Source: an uncultured virus (IMG/VR IMGVR_UViG_3300028840_003366) (taxonomy: Duplodnaviria; Heunggongvirae; Uroviricota; Caudoviricetes). From it: DNA of 20,000 nt. The stretch lies in the IMG/VR virus record IMGVR_UViG_3300028840_003366; one strand, given 5' to 3'. The position numbers and the translations under genes are program-made. This document shows, in pieces, positions 15,781 to 20,000 of this stretch. Each line of letters starts with the position of its first letter. The stretch's first letter is position 1. Under the pieces are notes generated by a model that made no database searches, was not told the origin of the DNA, and worked only from the letters and a program-made list of their open reading frames with translations.

Positions 15781-16995
15781 TTACTCTTCATCCTCATCGT
15801 CAAAATCTTCTTCTTCATCCTCATCGTCAAAATCTTCTTCTTCATCCTCATCGTCAAAGTCATCTTCCTCTTCTTCGTTTTCGTCTATGTCATCCTCTTC
15901 GTCTTCGTCTTCGTCTTCGTCCTCATCATCAAAATCTTCCTCCTCATCTTCATCGTCAGGAAGATAGCCTTTGCCTTTACATGGGACACATTTCTTACCC
16001 TTTGAGGATTTGCCAGAGCCTTCACAAGCTACACATTCAATCATCCCTTCAGGGATTTCATCTTCCTCGTCGTCTTCATCCTCGTCGTCTTCGTCCTCGT
16101 CGTCCTCTTCGTCAAAGTCTTCCTCTTCAGGTTCCTCTTCTTTCTTTGATTTTCTTTTGGACTTGGACTTGGACTTGGGTTTCTCTTTTTCTTCCTGTTC
16201 CTCATCCTCATCTTCGTCCGTTTCCCCTTCTCCACCTTCAAGGAACAGTGCTTCAATCTTTTCAGGAGGAAGAACATTGAGAATGGTATCCAGGTCAACT
16301 ACTCTTTCCAGAATCTCATCTTCATCCATGTCATCCCGTTCCTTGAACTGGATATCAGTAGCCTGAAGATATTTGTTTCCTGCGAAGGTCTTTTCGCTGA
16401 ACCGAACCCTGATGGTACGTCCACCATCTTCACACTGATAGAAATCCAGATGCTCTTCGTTCTCCTCTTCCTGCAGCTCTTCCTTGAGAATGTTGTCAAA
16501 CTTACCGGAAGACAGAACAAGGACAGCAATGGTATCAGGATCGTCAGGATGGAGGATATTCATAGCCGTGAACCGCTGACCACGCAACTGCCTGACCACA
16601 TCCTCATCCTCATCCAGCTTTCTGAGCCTGTCTGCTTCATCACAGATACAGCATTTCTTGCCGATGGAACGTGGGCAGACCACAGACTGCTCACTCATAC
16701 CAACTGCATGGTGAACTCTGAACTGAGTCCTGAACCACAGAACTCCCTTTTCGATTCCCTCTTCAGGATGGTTCTCTGTGGAAACTTCATAGGGAACTAT
16801 GTCAAGATTGTACCGGCCTTTCTTTTCAGGAGCCCATACTTCAACACCTTCAGGAAGATTGAACCAATTACCACCTGCTCCCTGGCTTGACATCTTCTGT
16901 TTGGTTTCCTCTTTTGACAACCTTCGTCTGGAGCTTTTCTTTGAACTCTTTTTCACCAACGTCTTTTTCGAACTAGCCTTTTTTCTCTTGGCCAT
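15781..16995 (-). CDS. gp32-like single-stranded DNA-binding protein with very long acidic tail
   Basis: HH...VVCPRSIGKKCCIC Zn motif, a D/E-rich C-terminus, and position between uvsY-like and recA-like genes. AAGGA RBS before ATG 16995. Confidence 0.75.
   Translation of the reverse strand: MAKRKKASSKKTLVKKSSKKSSRRRLSKEETKQKMSSQGAGGNWFNLPEGVEVWAPEKKGRYNLDIVPYEVSTENHPEEGIEKGVLWFRTQFRVHHAVGMSEQSVVCPRSIGKKCCICDEADRLRKLDEDEDVVRQLRGQRFTAMNILHPDDPDTIAVLVLSSGKFDNILKEELQEEENEEHLDFYQCEDGGRTIRVRFSEKTFAGNKYLQATDIQFKERDDMDEDEILERVVDLDTILNVLPPEKIEALFLEGGEGETDEDEDEEQEEKEKPKSKSKSKRKSKKEEEPEEEDFDEEDDEDEDDEDEDDEEDEIPEGMIECVACEGSGKSSKGKKCVPCKGKGYLPDDEDEEEDFDDEDEDEDEDEEDDIDENEEEEDDFDDEDEEEDFDDEDEEEDFDDEDEE
15785..15858 (-). 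repeat. 27-bp in-frame tandem repeat (about 2.7 copies) encoding EEEDFDDED
   Basis: TCTTCATCCTCATCGTCAAAATCTTCT repeated at 15785 and 15812, and partially at 15839. Confidence 0.9.
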
Positions 16996-17125
16996 TGTTG
17001 TGTTTCCTTTCTTTCCATTCTTCAATTGACCTCATCACGCCTCTGGTTATCATCCTGGTTGCTATATATAACCAGACCAAGGCAATGACGGCCCAAACAA
17101 TCAACTCCAAATTTGATTCAACCAC
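16973..17125 (-). CDS. Small single-TM protein (50 aa), absent from the ORF track
   Basis: GTG start with AAGGA RBS. MVESNLELIVWAVIALVWLYIATRMITRGVMRSIEEWKERKHNNGQEKKG fills the uvsY-ssb gap. Confidence 0.6.
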   Translation of the reverse strand: MVESNLELIVWAVIALVWLYIATRMITRGVMRSIEEWKERKHNNGQEKKG

Positions 17126-17633
17126 GCTTTTTCCTTCTCCTTGACCGTTTTGTCATCTCCTCATGCAGTTTTTCTCCTTTCTTCTTTTTGATCTGATCCC
17201 AAAATACTTCTGGTGTATGCGCTATTTTTGGGCCTGAAAAATATTCCCTTGAATAGAGCTGTACCAGCAGCTCCAACATTCTTTTTCTCATCTCCATTGC
17301 ATTCTCAGCTTTACCAAGTATGTCAGCCTCACTCTTGGCTCTGACCATATCTCTATAAGCTGATTCGTATTTGGGGTGTATCAAAATAGCTTCTTTGATT
17401 GCATTCTCTATGACTTTGGTGACTCCAAACATTCTAGGTTTCTCTCGTATCTTTCGTGACAGCTTGGCTTCTACTACATTCAAATGAAGTTTGGACATAT
17501 CATATGCTTCACGAGCTTCACGAGCAAGAGAACAATACTTGAAATACAATTCAGGCTGGACAATTGCTTCTGCTTCCAGATTTTCAAGGTCAATGTTCAA
17601 GTCTTTCTCAAATTCATTGTTGTTCATGCTCAT
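17118..17633 (-). CDS. uvsY: UvsY-like recombination mediator
   Basis: DLNIDLENLEAEAIVQPELYFKY, a long amphipathic helical body and synteny with SSB and recombinase. Confidence 0.7.
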   Translation of the reverse strand: MSMNNNEFEKDLNIDLENLEAEAIVQPELYFKYCSLAREAREAYDMSKLHLNVVEAKLSRKIREKPRMFGVTKVIENAIKEAILIHPKYESAYRDMVRAKSEADILGKAENAMEMRKRMLELLVQLYSREYFSGPKIAHTPEVFWDQIKKKKGEKLHEEMTKRSRRRKKRG

Positions 17634-17652
17634 TTATCTCCATAGGAATCTC

Positions 17653-17668
17653 ATATTATTATAATTTT
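17653..17668 (-). promoter_or_regulatory. Putative phage promoter AAAATTATAATAATAT
   Basis: Intergenic, upstream of the GGAG RBS of the uvsY-like gene. Near-identical to 6612-6627. Confidence 0.55.
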
Positions 17669-17675
17669 TCACGTA

Positions 17676-18584
17676 TTAGAACTCACCATGGACAGCTTCA
17701 TAGCAAGCCCTAATCAGTCCATTTTTCTTGCTGTCATAGAATGGATGTTCAAAGCAGGTCAATATGTGAAATATTTTATGGTCTGTTTTCTTCATCAGGA
17801 TAGCAGAACAATATCCCATAACTGCCCATCTCAAAGATTCCGGTTCACTGTTTGTCTCTCGAAGGATTTTGGTGATGGTTGTCCATCCTTTGTTTGAAAC
17901 AAGAGCCCTGCACAGTTCTATTCCTTCCTGTTCCTCTTCAATGGAACTGATTGCTTTGGCTCTATCTTTCTCAGGTACGTTCTTGATTTTGTCAAGCACC
18001 ACCAAGCATTGACGGGCTGAGCCCTGGGCAGCATCAATAATATCTTCTACTGTATTTTTTTTCAGAATTATTGATTCTCTTTTGGCTATTCTCAGAAGCA
18101 GTTTTCTGATATCAGAAGGATCAAGATATTCCGTAGGCATTTCACAGCATCGTGTTCTGATTGTCTTGAGCAGCTTCTGTGGTTCAGTTGTGCAAAGAAA
18201 GAAATAGACATGATCAGGAGTATCTTCAAATATTTTCAGGGAGGCATGCATTCCTGCAGAAGACATTTGATGTAGTTCATCTAACAGCCATATTCGGCAC
18301 GTTCCACCAACAGGAGAAAGATTCATTGTCTGTCGAATTTCTCTGATTGTATCAATTCCCCTGAAGTCTGAGCAGTTCAGTTCTTGGAAATCCATATCAC
18401 TACAACCTAACTCCGTTTTCAATATCCTAGCTAGTGTAGTTTTGCCACAACCAGAAGGTCCATGAAAAAGAATGGTATGGGGTAATGTTTTTCTCTCAAT
18501 CATGTTTTGCAAGGCTGCTACTGTTGATTCATTTCCAATGATGCCTTTCAGTGTTTTAGGTCTATGCTTCTTGTAAAGTTCCAT
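17676..18584 (-). CDS. Clamp loader AAA+ ATPase (DnaX gamma/tau-like)
   Basis: YKKHRPKTL..IIG, Walker A GPSGCGKTT, Walker B LLDELH, FFLCTT, and SRC-like TIRTRC. Confidence 0.9.
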   Translation of the reverse strand: MELYKKHRPKTLKGIIGNESTVAALQNMIERKTLPHTILFHGPSGCGKTTLARILKTELGCSDMDFQELNCSDFRGIDTIREIRQTMNLSPVGGTCRIWLLDELHQMSSAGMHASLKIFEDTPDHVYFFLCTTEPQKLLKTIRTRCCEMPTEYLDPSDIRKLLLRIAKRESIILKKNTVEDIIDAAQGSARQCLVVLDKIKNVPEKDRAKAISSIEEEQEGIELCRALVSNKGWTTITKILRETNSEPESLRWAVMGYCSAILMKKTDHKIFHILTCFEHPFYDSKKNGLIRACYEAVHGEF

Positions 18585-18588
18585 TATT

Positions 18589-18885
18589 TTATTTTCCTTC
18601 CATCTTATCTATAACTGCTCGTAATTGTTGTGCACAATCACCGTAGACCCGTCCTGCAATCCTGTCATGCCGATGGTCCCCCGGCCCGTTCAAAATGTCG
18701 TGTTCTTTTTGCCAATTCGAGGCCAATGTCAATAACGCCTCCACCGATCCTTCCGGCTGTGGTGTGGGGCTGGTGTCTTTCCATGGCTTAGGCTCTCCAC
18801 ACTTCAAGCACCTCACTGGGTTAGGCCCATAGACATGATTCCATTCATGTGTACACTCCCCCACCCCTTCAGCTTTGTCCTTCAT
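18589..18885 (-). CDS. Hypothetical protein with Zn-ribbon
   Basis: CTHEW...CLKCG. GGAGG RBS and ATGA overlap. Confidence 0.7.
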   Translation of the reverse strand: MKDKAEGVGECTHEWNHVYGPNPVRCLKCGEPKPWKDTSPTPQPEGSVEALLTLASNWQKEHDILNGPGDHRHDRIAGRVYGDCAQQLRAVIDKMEGK

Positions 18886-19319
18886 CTCTCATCCCTCCCA
18901 TTGTCTGCGTCCAGCTTGGCCAGTGCTTGCTTGGCTATAATACGCGAGTCTTGCGTCACCACATTGTTATATTCAAGCTCATCCATTCTTTTCAATGCCT
19001 TCACTATATCTTCTTCTGCCAGATTGTTTTTGGCTGTCCCGATGTAATGTTTAGGACAGAATTTTGAAAATCCTATCTTCGGCTCTGTGCAACCGGGAGC
19101 ATGACATTCCCCCTTAAAATCATCGCGGTCATGAGCGCGTGTGTTCCATGCTTCTATTGCTTCATCTTCAGTTTTTGCTTCTGGGCCAGTCCACCCACAA
19201 AGTTCACATTCTACGGCAAGTACAAACCCACCTCCAGGTTGATTATATTGATTATATACACCACATTTTATCTTAGCACAACCAGGACATGGTTTCAATT
19301 CCTTTCTGTTATCAGTCAT
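18882..19319 (-). CDS. Lar (restriction alleviation) family Zn-binding protein with extra C-terminal modules
   Basis: ELKPCPGC...VECELCGWTGP...EAIEAWNTRA pattern. AGGAG RBS. Confidence 0.75.
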   Translation of the reverse strand: MTDNRKELKPCPGCAKIKCGVYNQYNQPGGGFVLAVECELCGWTGPEAKTEDEAIEAWNTRAHDRDDFKGECHAPGCTEPKIGFSKFCPKHYIGTAKNNLAEEDIVKALKRMDELEYNNVVTQDSRIIAKQALAKLDADNGRDER

Positions 19320-19329
19320 TGGTTTGCTC

Positions 19330-19527
19330 CTAATTCACACCATTTAATTTTAGATGGGGGAGTGCAGGCATCAGAAGTTCATGATAATCTTCAAGTAATT
19401 TACAATATAACTCCTCAGCAACAAAACCAGACGTTAGAAAATATTTGGCAGCCTGTCTTGATGTCATGGGTTTATTCCATATTAAGGTATGTCCCGATTT
19501 TGAGAGCAACATATTATCTATTTTCAC
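19330..19527 (-). CDS. Hypothetical protein
   Basis: Fills the gap between same-strand genes. Start uncertain. Confidence 0.5.
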   Translation of the reverse strand: MKIDNMLLSKSGHTLIWNKPMTSRQAAKYFLTSGFVAEELYCKLLEDYHELLMPALPHLKLNGVN

Positions 19528-19541
19528 TTGATAACTCTATC

Positions 19542-19781
19542 CTATTCTTCTTCAACTCGAACTTCGTCCACGTTAAATGCTTCACTCGCATCAATATAAA
19601 CTTGAGCTGGTTTTTTGTCCTCACCATCAATATAGATTTCTACCTTTTGAGGCAATGCTGAAAGTGCTGATTCTATTGCTCTTTCCTTGCATTGTTTTTC
19701 AAGTTTTCCTTCATGTTCTATTATACCTTCTGGCAGTTTGACTTGAACATCCAAATCCAATCGAACAATAATTATTTCCAT
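19542..19781 (-). CDS. Hypothetical acidic protein
   Basis: AAGGA RBS before ATG 19781 (MEIIIVRLD). Confidence 0.7.
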   Translation of the reverse strand: MEIIIVRLDLDVQVKLPEGIIEHEGKLEKQCKERAIESALSALPQKVEIYIDGEDKKPAQVYIDASEAFNVDEVRVEEE

Positions 19782-19783
19782 GG

Positions 19784-20000
19784 TTATTCCTTTGTAATAC
19801 CTGGTGTTTCTTTCTCTGCACAAGATTCACACCAAACACCTCCAACATTATAATATCGGAATCGTGTTTCTCCATCCTTTATAACTTTGTTGCAAGAGGA
19901 GCAGCGAAGAATAATCTTTTTCTGTCTCTTTTTTTTCTCCGGTTTTATATTTCCATAGATACAATTTGGGTAATGAGTGCCATCACATTGTCCTGTTTGA
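19784..20000 (-). CDS. 5'-truncated hypothetical Zn-finger protein
   Basis: Open frame from the window edge: QTGQCDGTHYPNC...RCSSCNKVI...WCESCAEKETPGITKE*. Confidence 0.65.
   Translation of the reverse strand, partial: QTGQCDGTHYPNCIYGNIKPEKKKRQKKIILRCSSCNKVIKDGETRFRYYNVGGVWCESCAEKETPGITKE

Noticed and set aside
15551..16366. Poly-Ser and hydrophobic repeat ORFs on the + strand
   Set aside because: They are antisense shadows of the D/E-rich SSB tail.
19846..19856. Third TATAAT-containing element
   Set aside because: It lies inside a coding frame (RYYN) and lacks the flanks shared by the two intergenic copies.
1..20000. Genome-wide TAG reassignment suggested by the in-frame TAG at 6994-6996
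   Set aside because: Long conserved genes are intact under the standard code, and TAG serves as a normal stop at 1768, 7031, 9661, 19330 and 19542.

Overview
This is a gene-dense segment of a large dsDNA phage (or prophage) containing two convergent transcription blocks. The + strand block (1-4938) is a translationally coupled glycan-tailoring cluster: two GT-A-like putative glycosyltransferases, an exostosin/GT47-like protein and three PAPS-dependent sulfotransferases, with a NUMOD3 + TnsA/PD-(D/E)XK endonuclease gene inserted in it. The - strand block (5015-20000) is a replication/recombination module: DnaX-like clamp loader, UvsY-like mediator, gp32-like SSB, RecA/UvsX, a 3D-domain protein, 5'-3' exonuclease, radical SAM enzyme, RuvC, and an SbcCD (Rad50/Mre11) nuclease. 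SbcC is split into separate genes, and its C-terminal ATPase half carries Walker B DQ instead of DE. A ~2.7 kb accessory island with its own terminator and strong sigma70 promoter sits inside the split sbcC locus, and four consecutive gene junctions in it share a repeated 14-19 nt RBS/start motif. All product calls come from motif recognition by eye; no database searches were run.
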